Source: Vitrella brassicaformis CCMP3155
Taxonomy: Eukaryota; Protista; Chromerida
NCBI GenBank assembly: GCA_001179505.1
Contig: CDMY01000781.1
Location: 124,001-188,000, forward strand
DNA: 64,000 nucleotides
Direction: 5' to 3'
The notes beneath the pieces were generated by a model. It was not told where the DNA came from, did not search any database, and saw only the letters and a list, made by a program, of their open reading frames with translations. Both the position numbers and the translations under genes were made by a program. Shown here piece by piece: positions 1 through 14,440 of the stretch (the first letter of the stretch is position 1; the number at the start of each line of letters is the position of its first letter).

Positions 1-302
1 GTGTGGTCACTCTCTCTCTCTCTCTGTGCTTTTGTTTGCTGGCTGGTTGACTGATGGATACGTGGACGTATGTGTATGTGTGTCAGTGTCCCTACATATG
101 TGTGTGAGTTGCGGACCAGGAGAAACCCGTCATTCAACGAACGATACATAGAATCTGTCGGGAATCCATCCATCCATTGGTTCGTTACCCGTCCTCACTC
201 GAGGACCCGACACACACACACACACGCCAAACCTCCACTCTCCCTGCAGTTATCCTAATCCAAATCCCCCTCACACCATGCACCGCATCAGTCCATCTTA
301 GA

Positions 303-1755
303 TCACCGTGCGCTCCTGCGAGCACTGACAGGAGGGCTCCTTCGGCCCGTGAAGGCCCCATTCTTCTTGGCCCACGCCTGTGTGGGAATGGGGTTTGGGT
401 AGAGGGGTTGGGTCATGCGGTCGGGGCAGGGTGCGTAAGGCTGCGGCATTTTGAAGGAGATGTCCAGGTGGTCGGCACCGCTCGCACCCGCACAGCACTG
501 AAAAGGCACCGACCTCGCGCCACCGTTCCTGCGAACGGTGGTTGCATATATCGAGAGGAGGGAGAGTGAGACACGGCGCATACAAGGAGGGTGAATGTGT
601 GTGTCTCGTTGCACCTAACTTCACCCATATCACACCTCACCGTTTTGGCGGGGGTATGGGCATCATGGAAGTGAGATGGGCCGACCGAGGGGACGGGCAG
701 TACTGGTAGGGCTCATCCGGGCTGCAGCCAGGCAGGCAGGGAGAATCACGGGTGAGAGCGAGAGCACTCTCCATGCGCCCGCCCATTCGCCCACTGACCC
801 ACCTGTGTTCAGAGGAGGGGAAGTGTGGCGATTGCGGCGGGCTGCTGCGCTCGGGCGAGTCCTTGAGCGCCGCAGCAGCTCTGTTTGACCCGTACGAGAA
901 GCCGGAGGACGACAGATTGTTGCCCAGCAGCTGCAGATCCTGTGTGGGGGTCGATACAGACAGACAGAGGGGAAACGTCATACGGTAGGCATGGCGTCTG
1001 CCTGCTGTGTGTGTGTGTGTGCGGGGGGATCGGCCGACCGGTGACATTTCGAGAAGTTTGGTTTTGAAGTGCCTCAGGATCTGCAGCAGCAGCTGCACGC
1101 GCAGACGCTCCTGCACACCGAGACACACAGGGGCACACCACACCACATCACATTAGCGGATGTGTTTTGTGTCAAGTCCCCAGCTCAGCCGCCTACTACC
1201 TGGTCGAGCTCGCGTCGCATCTGTCGGTTATCCTCGCGCTCCTTCTCCTGCAGCACACACACACGAAGGCATGGTTGATGCGTTCATTCCAAGGTTCCGC
1301 TGACCAGTTCCCCCTGCAGGTGTGTCGAGGACTGCACAAAGGTGTTGAGCAAAGAGTGGGACTCGCCCACCTGCACACGCACACACACAAGGACAAGGAT
1401 GTCATGTTCCCGCGCGCCCCCGGTGAAGAACGTGTGTAGTGAGTGACCATGTTTTGCAGCTGGTGCAGGATGGTCAGCCGCGTCTCGTAGAACTTGATGT
1501 GGGATTGGAGGCCCTCATTGCGGGTCCGCTCCTGCATGAGCTCCCCCTGTGCGTGGGCGTGCTGCTCCATCAGCTCCTCGAGACGCTGTGTGTGTACAAG
1601 AAAAAAGGAACCACAAGTGCATGACGTGGCTTGGCTGGTGCTGTCTCCAGCTGGCTGCCCCCACACTCTGACCTTCTCGAGCCCCCCGAACTCCTCCTCC
1701 CTCTCTCGCAGCCTCTCACGCATACCCAACACCTGCAGACACACAGACACACAGG

Positions 1756-1788
<33 letters not shown>

Positions 1789-3022
1789 GGAGAGAGAGAG
1801 AAATAGAGAGAGAGATGAATGCATACGTACCGGGTCGACAGCCACCCACCCCGCCACCGTCTGACATACCTCTTGCCTCAGCTGCGGCTCCGGCATGGTG
1901 AAGTAGGCCTCCTCCTCGGGCAGGTGCTCCTCAGCACCACCACCGTCGTAGCCAACACGGACATCGCCCCCACCGCCCCCACCAACACCAGCAGGACTGC
2001 CCTCAGAGGCCTTGGTCAGGGCAGTGCCGGGACGGGAAGCACCCACCACTGCTGCCTCCTGCCAACCAAACACACAGGGAGGGAGGGGGTGAGCGAGACA
2101 CACACGACATTACAACCTGTGTTTGCTGACGGTGCGCAGCGCACCGTGAGCTCTCGTGGTCGCGAGAGGGGCTCATGCATCTCGTCTCTTCTGTCGATTT
2201 GGTCTGGGGATTGGAGGGTGAGCTGCAGCTGTGCCTGCAGGTCGGCCACGGTCTGCTGCAGCTCCGCCAGGGCGGCGTCGGCCTTGACCTTCTCATCCTG
2301 CAGATCCGCATACTGCACTCACACACAGGGACAGACAGCACAGTGAGAGAGAGAGAAAGAGAGAAAACATGTGGGTTGGGTGGCTTGAGGTGTGTGTGTA
2401 CCTCTTTCTCGCGCAATTCGGTGGTGGATCGTTCCTGGTCCATTTCTTTCTCCAGAGACTGCAGGCACTGAAAGACAGCCAACACAGATCCGGGGAGAAA
2501 GGGAGGGAGACATGGCACCTGTATGTATGTGCCTGTCGCGCGTCTGCCTCTGTCTCCTTGGCATACATACCCGGTTGGCGAGCTGAAGCTTTTCGTCATA
2601 CTCGCCCAGCAGCTGCTGCATCTCCTCACGCTGAGTACCCATCAGTGGACAACGGGATAGATCGCTCCCGCAGGCCCTCCCTCCCTGCCCGCCTCCCTGC
2701 CTACCTCTTCATCGATTTTCCTGTACTGCTCCATCTGCCTTGCCATGTCGCCCTTCTCCCTCTCCAGCCGCTCCGCAGCCGTCTGCAGCAGCTCGTTTTT
2801 CTTCTCGCCCGCCTCCACAGCGCTCTGCGCCTTCTCGACATCCACCCTTACCTCAGCCAGCTCTTTGCTCTGGTCGGCCAGCAGGGCACCCCTGCTGTTG
2901 AAGAACCACCAGAACACCACGCACAGCACGATGAGCACGCAGCACAGGAGCAGCAGCAGGAACCACCCGTTGATGTCCTGCTCCCAGAAGGTCACGGCCG
3001 ACTCGTCCAGCTTCCCTGCCAT
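303..3022 (-). CDS. Multi-exon hypothetical protein with an N-terminal transmembrane helix and long coiled coil
   Basis: ATG at 3022: MAGKLDE...GWFLLLLLCCVLIVLCVVFWWFF (TM), then heptad-like E/K/Q/L exons (QREEMQQLLGEYDEKLQL, ADLQDEKVKADAALAELQQ, RLEELMEQHAH, EKEREDNRQMRRELDQ) linked by GT-AG introns. Low-complexity end with TGA at 303-305. Confidence 0.75.
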
Positions 3023-3370
3023 GGTGGGTGGGGGTGGTCAGAAAGCTGATGGATTGCTGGGGTCCCGGAGGGGAAGGGGGGGAGGGGACTGCAATGCTAT
3101 GCTGGTGAATCGAGGTCTAATGTCCTTCACTGTCCTCCGCGGGAAAGACGCGAGAGCCTGGGGGCCGGCCCGCACTGGAGAAGTCGTAAAAGAGCTTTGC
3201 AGCGACACAGTGTGGTCTTGTTTGGACGCCCAGAAGCTGGCCAAGGCTTCGCGCGTGGTTCGCTGCATGCATCTCGCCATTTCGCGACATTTCGCGGTTC
3301 AAGCTTGCACCCTAAAACCCCCGGTTTTTCTTCCGCAACCTCCCACGTTTTGTGTAGCTATCCTCTGCGA
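3022..3370. promoter_or_regulatory. Putative bidirectional promoter between the two coiled-coil genes
   Basis: About 350 bp between divergent ATGs; contains the palindrome TGCATGCA (3264-3271) and ACCCTAAA (3309-3316). Confidence 0.45.
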
Positions 3371-6300
3371 TGGACGACTGTTTTAGCTTTCTGCCCGACC
3401 ACGAGTGGGTGGAAATCCGCAGCGACCCCGAGAAGGTCCGCCAGCGCTTCGAGGAGGAGTACCGCAAAGTCAGGGCCGACAACAGAGCTCTCAAGGAGCA
3501 GATCAAGACACTGCAGCAACAGTCACGCGCACCAGGACCACTGGCACCGGCAGCAGCAGCAGGGGCAGCGGCGGCCGCCTCTCGTGCACGCGATGAGTCT
3601 GTCGACCCCGACCGCATGGCTGTGGAGAGCGACAGCCGGTGCGCGCAGCTCGAGAAGGAGAAAGCCGAGCTGCATGCCCGCCTGGCGCAGCTGGAAAGCG
3701 ACACCAACAGCAAGGTCGAGGCCCTGCAGTCCGACAACGAGCGGCTCCAGCAGGAGTGCGTCGCCGCCAAGGAGCAGGCTGACAGCCGTGCTCTAGACGT
3801 GATCCGCCGTGAGAAGGACATCGTTGAGCTCAAGGCCATCGTCCACTTGCAGGAGAAGCAGCACGCCGTCACCAAGAAGTCCAACAAGGCCGTCACCAAG
3901 GAGCGCGACAGCTTCCTCACCGAGCTGCACAACGAGAAGCAGGCGAGACGGGACGCCGAGAACAGCCTCGCCGAGCTGCAGCAGCGCATGACGCGCGACG
4001 ACCGCACACACGCCGACAAGACCAAGGAGCTCTCCGAGAAGCTTGAGCAGGTCAGCAAGGAGCGTGACGGCATCCGAGAGGAGCGCGACAAGGCTTTGGA
4101 GCAGTGTGCGACATGCGAGGAGCAGTATGCCGAGGCGAAGCGCGTCCACGAGGGGTGGAAGGAGAGCCACGAGAAGGTCAAGGGCCTGATCCAGCAGCGG
4201 GTGGCCATCTATCAGGCCGACCGCGAGAAGGCAGTCAAGGAGCTCTCCGACGTGAGTGCACAGCTCGACGCGCGCAAGGCCGAGACGGCACAGCAGGCCC
4301 TCGAGCTCAACAAAATGAAGGAAAAGGTCAGTCAGGAGGAATGCAATGCACCCCATCCACATACGTTTCTCCCATCGTGTGTGTGTGTGCAGTTCACCGA
4401 GCTGGAGTGTCGCAACAGGCGTCTGGAGGAGGCTTTGGACGGCAAGACCAAGGAGGCCGCGCAGAACGCCCGCGACGCCGCCCGTGTGCGGCGGATGGAC
4501 GCCGGCTTCCGCGGCCACATCCAGGAGCTGGCCGAGGAGAAGTCCTGGGGCTACGACGCACTCGAAGACCAGGCGAGATGTGAGGCCCTGCAGACGGCCG
4601 TGGCGTACCACAGGGACCGGCTGATGGAGCTGCTGGGGGGCCAGATGAGCGGCATGGGCAGTGGCATGACACTCAACACCGTGGTGGAAGGCGCCCAGTA
4701 CTGGGCTGATCGGGTGGGTGAGGAAAACAACAATGGGGGACCTCGTTGAATGATTGTGTGGCGGGGCTGGGTGATATGTGTGTTGTGTGTTGTGTTGTGT
4801 GCTTGTACGTACTATGTGTGTGCAGAATTTGCTGCGGACGCTGGTCGTTGTGCAGCAGGCCATCGCCGTCGCGCACGCCCGGGTCAGTGGGGAGGGAGGC
4901 GGGGTGGCCTGGGGGGACAGGACAGCACTGACGAAGGGTGGGTGCATGGTCTCTCTGTGTGTGCGTTGGTGTGTGTGCAGGAGGCCTACCTGATGAACCT
5001 GCTGGCTGAGGCCCAGAAGAACCAAAACCAAGGCCAAAACACGACAGCCGACCTGGTGAGAAGCTTAGCAGACACACAAACACAATTGTCAGCTGCGTTG
5101 CATGAGTTGTTGGCTCTTCTGCAGAAGGCGCTCGAGGAGTCTCGTCGCAAGGATGCCTTCCACCTCAGCAGCAAGGTCGGTCGGTCGGTCGGTCGGCAGG
5201 AACACTCAGGAACACTCTCAACACACACCACACACCACATGCTGCTCTCCTGGTCTGATTTCACACAGGTGCGGCTGCTGGAGGCGAGCGAGTCGTCGCT
5301 GAAGCAGCAGCTGCGGCACAAGGACCTCGAGCTTGAGAGGAAGGACGTCTGCCTCGCCACATACGTCGACCGCTGCAGACGCGTCGAGGCCAAACTCAAC
5401 AGATTCGACCCATCCCTAGCCTCGGGTAAGTCAGCCACACACGCGCCCATCAGACACACACACACACACGCACAGACACAGGGAAGAACTCTCTCTCTCT
5501 CTCTCTCTCTCTGCCCTGTGTTCTCTGCCCTGTGTGTCTGTCTGTCTGTCCGTCTGTCTGTGTCTGTGTCAGCCAATCTGCAGGGCACTATGGGCTTCTT
5601 CACCGAGCCACGGAGGCCGCCCATGCTTATGGGCGTCGGAGTTGGCGGCGAGACCACCCCCAACGTGCTCTCATTCGACCACCCATCCCCACCTGCCGCT
5701 GCTGCGGCTGCAGCGGCCGCCGCTGCATCCCATTCCTCCGAGGGGCCATTGCCGCCCCGCCCCCGGGCCAACACCGACAGCGACCTGGACCTCGGCCTCA
5801 ACCCCATCGCCTTCATCAAAGACCTCCTCACTCACAACGAGTAAACGGCGCACACAGAGGGAGGGAGGGAGAGGACCTGTGTGTGTGGTGTGGTGTGGTG
5901 TTTTGTATTGTGGGGTGGGTGCATTGCATCAGGCGGTTGAGGAGTGAGGGCTCTGCGAAGGACGCGAGGATAGCGGGGCTGGAGAAGTCGCTAGAGGAGA
6001 AGGCCGGGTATGTCCACCCCGCACAGCATGACACGCTGCAGAAGGAGCTCAACGCATACAAGTGGGTGGACGGCGAGCAGAGGGGAGGGAGGCAACAAAC
6101 AGGACACCACACCGGCATTCATTCACTCTGTACCTACCTGTGGTATGTGTGTCAGGGAGTACGCGAGGGAGCCTGCGGATGTGCAGCGTCTGCAAGAGGA
6201 GCTCACCAAGGCGCAGCAGAAGCTGTATGTGTGTGGGCGACACGCACTATCTAGTCAGTGTTGGTCTCTCTCTTTGTTCATCAAGAGTGAGGGATGGGTG

Positions 6301-9300
6301 GGTGAATGGATGGCTGCAGGGATGAGGTGCGTCGGGATTGGCAGCGGGATGTGGACACCTGGAGAGAGCGGCACGAGGCCGCACAGCGACTCGCGAAAGA
6401 ATGGGTCAGTGAGTGAGGGGGGTCACACAGACACAGACACACACACAGACACACACACAGACACATACCACCAACACAACACACAAACACATGTGCGGCG
6501 TGTTCCGTTCCGTCCGTCCACCCACCCGTCATCAATGCCGTCCGCTGTGTGTGTGTGGTTGTGTTGTGTTGTGTGTGCAGGAGGGTCGCTGCGACAAGGA
6601 GAGGCTGGAGAAGGAGAAGTGGATGGGCGACTACTTCAGAGAAGAGAGCAAGCTCACCGGACACATCGACCAACTCCCCCCTCTCGTAAGCCATCCCTCC
6701 CCCCCTCCCACACACCCCTTCACACACGTGTGTGTGCAGGAGATGGAGCGAGACCGTTTCAAGCAGCAGTGCCAAGAGAAGGCGGACAAGATCGACGCGC
6801 TGCGGGCCGAGATGGAGGCGCTCAAGGACACCATCCGGCAGCTGACGTTGGACAAGGAGGCCACCGAGGCGCAGCGGCGTGTGGAGCAGTCGAGGTATGC
6901 TGAGATAGAGCGGCAGCTTCAGGCCACTAACAGGGGCAAGGAGGCCCTCGAGAGCCAGCACAGGAACCAGCTCAACGAGAAAGAACTCGAAAAGGTCAAG
7001 CCCCCCTTCCCCTTTCCTCCCACACACACACACACAAAGCGATAAACTCTCTCTGTCCATCTCATGTGTCCATCTATCAGTCGCGTAGCTACCAGCAGTT
7101 GGTTGAGGAGTATGAGGAGAAGCTCGACAAGCTCGAGATACGCACCGCTCAGAACGACCAGAAGCACGCTCGAGAGACAGCCGAGCTCGAGGAGCGAGTC
7201 AAGATCGCCAAACTGGAGCTCCAAAAGACGCAGGACAAGGCCAACCAACTCGACGCGTAAGCGACCAGCAGCCACCCATGCCATGAGGTCTATGTGTGTG
7301 ATGGTGTGCAGGGTGAGGCGTGAGCGTGACGACCTGCAGAAGCTGCTAGCCGAGTCGCGGGAGAAGTGGGACACCGACAACAGACGACACATCGCAGAGA
7401 TGCAGAAGGCCGCCGACGAGATCGGGTAACACCTCTCTCTCGGCGGCCACCACACCAGACAGACCACACACACTCCTGAGTGTATGTGTGTGTGTGTGTG
7501 TGTGAGCAGGGGTCTGCGCAAGTCTAACGAGGAGCTGCGCAGCCGCCTGACCATCACGCTCGACACGGAACGCGCCGCAGCTGCTGCTGGTGGGCGACCA
7601 CCCCCCACACACCACACACCAACGCCCAAATAGACACCCACTCATTATCATTCTCCCTTGCGGGCGCTCGTATGTGTGTGTGTATCAGCTGCATCTAGTG
7701 GTGTGGACGTGTCTGCGTCAGGGGGCGATGGTGACCGTGACGCGTTGGTCAAGGCCCTGCGCGAGCAGCTCGCCCAGGCCAAACACCAGCTGCAGCAGCA
7801 GGAGTAGGACAGACAAACAGACAGGGAGCGGGGGAGGGAGGCCGGCATCTGTCTGTCTGTGTGTCGATCAGGAGTCAGCTGCAGCTGCGCCAGTCGGTCT
7901 CCGGCACCTTCGACTCACTCATGGACAAGAAGCAAAAGGTCAGGAAAGAGCCTCCACCACCCCCAACCCCACCCACAGAGAGAGAGAGGAATATAGCCAC
8001 TTGTAGGACGTCTTCTCTCTGTCTGTGGGTATGTCTGTGTGTGTGTGTGTTCCACCAGGCGTTGGATGATGCGGAGAGGGGCCTGGCGGAGCAGAAGGCC
8101 CGCGCACAGTCGCTTGAGGCGCAGCTGCTGGCACTGAAGGAGGAGGCCGACAGATTCGGAGAAAAGGAGAACGCACTGGTCAGCCAGCCACCCACTCACT
8201 CACCTTCTATGTGTGTGTGAGAGTTGGTGTGCACCGTGGCTCCCCGCCCCCCCTCTGTCCGTGGTGCAGCGTCAGGATGTGTCCACGTGGCAGGAGCGCA
8301 CCCGTCAGGCCTCCGCAGCACACGAGGTCGACCGACAGAAACTGCAGATCACCACGCAGAAACTACAAGTAACCCTCGCCCCATAACCGCCCAACAACAA
8401 CCCCCCCCNNNNNNNNNNNNNNNNNNNNNNNNNNNNNNNNNNNNNNNNNNNNNNNNNNNNNNNNNNNNNNNNNNNNNNNNNNNNNNNNNNNNNNNNNNNN
8501 NNNNNNNNNNNNNNNNNNNNNNNNNNNNNNNNNNNNNNNNNNNNNNNNNNNNNNNNNNNNNNNNNNNNNNNNNNNNNNNNNNNNNNNNNNNNNNNNNNNN
8601 NNNNNNNNNNNNNNNNNNNNNNNNNNNNNNNNNNNNNNNNNNNNNNNNNNNNNNNNNNNNNNNNNNNNNNNNNNNNNNNNNNNNNNNNNNNNNNNNNNNN
8701 NNNNNNNNCCCCCCCCCCCCCCCCCCCCCTGCACACACATGTCTCTTGTCTCCCTTTCTTCCCATTCTTTGCAGGAGTCCGAGAAAGCCACACGCGCAGA
8801 GGTGGAGATGCTCAAGGCCAACCACAGCAAAGAGCTAGACATCAAAGAGAGCGAGGTGCGGGCGGCCGAGCGCGCCAGGGGCGACGCCGTGGCCGAGTGC
8901 GACAAGCTGCGCCGCGCCGAGCAGCAGCTCACGCAGGAGCTGCAGCGACTCAACAGGCAGCAGCAGGACACAGAGAACCGCCTCGTCACGACGCGAGAGG
9001 AGGCCACGGCGCTGAGGGGCGAGAAGGAGGGGCTGGAAAGGCGTGTGGCTGAGCTGGTGGAGCAGCACGACCGCGCCTGTGGCCGTCTGCGGACCTTTGA
9101 GGGCATCTTCAACAACGATGTGAGCCGCTTCGAGAACATTGAGATGCAGACGGTGCGGGAGCAGCTCGAGGCCGTTATCAAGGAGCGAGACGAGCTGCAG
9201 GTGCTTCCCTCACCACCCACCCACGCACCCACCCACACACACACACACACGCACACAGAGAGCGCGAGAGAGAGGGAGGGGGGTCATTTAATGCCTGCAT

Positions 9301-11334
9301 TATTGGTGTGTGTGGTGTTGGTGTGACAGGCGAGCTACACGGCCGCCGAGAGTGCCCGCCGCGAGCTGGCAGACAAGCGCCAGCACCTGGAGCAGCAGTA
9401 CGCCGACGCCTCGGAGCAGCTCAAGGACGCTATCGCAAGAATCAACAAGGTCGGTCAGCATGCGAGCCACGTGAAAACGCGCACACCGCACCCCCTCTCT
9501 CTCTGTGTGTGTGTGTGTGTGTCTGTCTCTGTGTGGATACGTGTGTGTGTGTGTGCAGTTGCAGAGCGAGATAGAGGGTCAGCTGCCGCCCGAACACGCC
9601 ATGCTGGAGAGCAGGAACGTCATTGTGGTCAGCTGAAGTGGAGCTGGGATGGGCTGAGGATGCACTACCAGCGCACCCACGCACACACCTATTACATAGA
9701 CATTCGCCTCTATCTGTCTCTGTCTGTGTGTGTTGTGCATCTCAGCGTTTGGAGCAGGAGGTGTCTGATCTGAAGGCGACGATCTCTGCCAAGTGAGTGA
9801 GCCACACGAAATGCCACTGCCATCCCTGACATGACAATGGATGGGAGTGGGGAAGGAGAGATGCACGTGTGTGTGGGTGTGTGTAGGGAGGGTGAGGTGG
9901 CCAAGGAGAAGAAGGTGGTGGCCACCCTCCGCAGCACCATCACGCAGCTCGAGAAACAGCAGGAGGAGGGCAAGAAACTCGCACGGGAGGTAGGTACTCC
10001 CTCCCACACACACACACACACACACAACTGTCTCCATGCCATGTCCGTGTGTCGTGCCGTCGTGTGTTGCTTATGTTGTTTGTTCAGAACGAGTCGGTGG
10101 AGATGCAGCGGCTCCGCGCCGAGGTCGAGCAGGCCAAGGTTAAGGTGCAGTCGGCCCTCGAGGAGAAGAGCAAAAGCGAAGACCACCAGCGGAACCTCAA
10201 CGCCTCTCATCTCAGCAAAATGGTCAGCCACCCCTTGTGAAAACACCTGCATCCCCACCCACACACCACTTTGCGCGTGTGTGTGTGTGGTGTGTGCAGA
10301 AGGAGGCCACTCAAGCGAAGGACAAGGCCGAGAAGGACAAGGAGAAGGCCGAGAAGGACAACGCCGAGCTGCGGAAAGAGATCGACTCGCTCAAGGAGAA
10401 GCATGCCGCCGCCGAGACCGCCACGCAGGCCAAGGACAGAGAGCTCAAGGGCCTCAGAGAGCAGCTCATCAAGCAGCAGTCCGACAGCAAGGCCGTGCAG
10501 AAGCAGATGAGCGACATGCAAACCATCGACGCGCAGAAGGGGCAGAAGGTGCAGAAGCGGATCAGCGAAATGCTACAGACCATCGAAGCGCAGAAGGCCG
10601 TCAACGCGCGGCTGGAGCTCATCAGCCCTCTGCTGCAGAATATCCTCAACCACTGCAACAACGGCACCGGCCACCTCCCCGACCCCATCCCCAAGATGAT
10701 CCAAACCGCGCTGACCAAGCCATTGCCCACGCCCGCCCAGCCACCCGTTCCACCACCAGCAGCGGCGGCGGCTGCGGCTGCAGCTGCAGCAACAAGCCCC
10801 ACCAGCGCCCGGCCGCCCCGGATGTCGATGGCAAGCACACGGCCCCCTGCACAGCCGAAGGCGGCCGGCGCTGCTGCTGCTGCAGCAGGTGGTGGTGGTG
10901 GTGGCGGAGGCGAGAGGAAGCGCAAGGGCGAGGTGGCTGCAGCTGCTGCCGCCGGCGGTGCTCCTCCCAAAAAGCAGAAGGCCGACAGCCAGGCACTGGC
11001 TGATGACATCACGATGGCCATCACGATCGCCACTGGGGAGGCGGCCTCTGTTTTTGGGGGCGATGCCGCGCAGCCCGCAGCTGCAGCAGCAGCACCTGCA
11101 GCAGCAGCAGCACCTGCAGCTGCCGCCTCTGTGATAACGCCCAAATCAGCCACACGCTCGGGCCGCGGCAAGGCCAAATCGAAGGGGCGTGGAGGGGCTG
11201 CTGCTGCCGGTGGTGCAGGTGCGAGCGGGTCGCCATCGTCACAAGGTGGGAGTGGGAGTGGGAATGGCAGTGGGCCCGCGGGAGGAGGTGGTGGTGGTGA
11301 GGGTGGCGACAGCTCGACGTCGCCACAGGCATAG
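3370..11334 (+). CDS. Giant multi-exon coiled-coil protein with an Ala/Gly/Pro-rich C-terminal tail and bipartite NLS-like motif
   Basis: Large first exon from 3370 followed by more than 20 short coiled-coil exons. Junctions I checked are in frame, including 5840/5933 and across the 8409-8708 gap. The last exon contains RKRK-x14-KKQK and ends at TAG 11332-11334. An upstream exon is possible (AG at 3356-3357). Confidence 0.85.
8409..8708. other. Assembly gap (300 N) inside an intron
   Basis: N run flanked by poly-C. The flanking exons (...QKLQ | ESEK...) join in phase 0. Confidence 0.99.
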
Positions 11335-12540
11335 GAAGAGACTTGGAGAGAGACTGCTGAGGGTGCTGGTTGACACAGCGAGGGCGAAAGGGAGGGCGGG
11401 AGGGGTATGAGAACATTCGATTGCATACATTTTGAAGCCATCGATCTCCATGTGTGGTGTGTGTGTGTGTGTGTGTGCTGGAGGGGGATGGGCTGGGAAC
11501 TCCTTCACTGCTTGATTGATGTGTGGGCCGGGCCCTCGCCGGGTGGACTGGACTCTTCTCGCTTAGCCAGCTGGGACCTTTTCGACGAATGAATCGGCAG
11601 GCAGAGTGAAAACGTGCAACACGATTGAACGAACGAATGGATGGACACAACGACATCAGTACAACACGTACACGACACACACTCACACAGACACACACCC
11701 CGACGGAGGTCCGTACTCTCACACGCACACACACTCGATGAAATGCAGTGCTTACACACAGACGGACACGTTCCAACCACCGTGGCAGGCAGGCAGGCAG
11801 ACAGGCAGGCAGGCAGAGAGATAGAGACCGGCAGGTAGGCAGAAGGTGGGTGACGGTGCCGCGTCTTACAGCGATACGCGTCCATCCGTGTCTGCGGCGG
11901 ACCCCGCTGATCAGATGCATCACGCCCACGCACCTCACCTCCACAGCTGAAGACAGAGGGAGGCGACGCGACCCTCACGTTTGGTGTGGTGTGGTGTGCT
12001 GAGCATGCCACGACGCTGGCGATCATCGATCAGTCAAGTCAGGAGAAAAATGCCACGCCGTGCCTGGGCTGACCTGACCTGACCGAACTGGACTGGACTG
12101 AAGTGGACCCACACCACACACACGCATAATGAATGACATGAGAGGGGTGGACGGACGAGCAGGAGAAGAAAGAAAGAAGGAGCTGCAAAGTCTATCCACA
12201 GAAGGGTCAACCAACGAGCCTGCCTGCCTGCCTGTGTGTATATATCTATCTCTGTCCCCATCGCCTCGCCCAAGAGATCTGTACAGGAGCCCCCCTCGCC
12301 CTCACCAAGGCAAACCCTCACTCGGTCTCAAACGATGGATGCATGGATGGATCGATGGACGCAAGCAAACACCACGGCAGATAGAGATAGATAGATACAA
12401 ACAGACAAACATCGCAAAGTCATCCAGGCAGGCAGGCAGGCAGGCCACACACGCGACGCAACGACAGAGGAGGGGAGGGGAGAGTAGCGTAGGTGTAGGT
12501 AGATAAGAAGAGCAGGGCACTGCACTGCATGGTCATTCAT

Positions 12541-14252
<1,712 letters not shown>

Positions 14253-14440
14253 CGCCTCAACAACACTCTCACTCGCCTCGCAAAGCTCGCCTGAACTGCC
14301 CACCTGTGTGAAGGGTGGCGCCGAAGGCAGGCGCCGGGCTTAGGGACAGGTGTCTCGTCAAACCCATAACCGACCGACCGACCTGTGTGAAGGAAAGAGT
14401 GAGGCAAAGAGGGCGTTAGATCCAGGTTGAGGTTGACGAC

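Noticed and set aside
3264-3271. TGCATGCA (ApiAP2-type site), also at 21234-21241
   Set aside because: The motif also occurs in introns and coding sequence here, so enrichment cannot be shown without genome-wide statistics.
3312-5037. Long minus-strand ORFs (298 and 414 aa) and similar ones at 10311-11441 and 47673-48734
   Set aside because: Antisense shadows of GC-rich coding exons on the plus strand; Leu/Val/Ser-rich mirror composition and no motifs.
5842-5844. Apparent stop codon ending the coiled-coil gene (THNE*)
   Set aside because: The TAA lies inside the GTAAAC donor. Splicing to 5933 continues in frame (NERLRSEG), so this is one gene and no readthrough is needed.
8224-8838. ORFs spanning N runs (also 37427-38705 and 40376-40766)
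   Set aside because: Artefacts of translating gaps. The flanking exons join in frame, and the repeated CACCAA-polyC flank at the second gap suggests little or no missing sequence.
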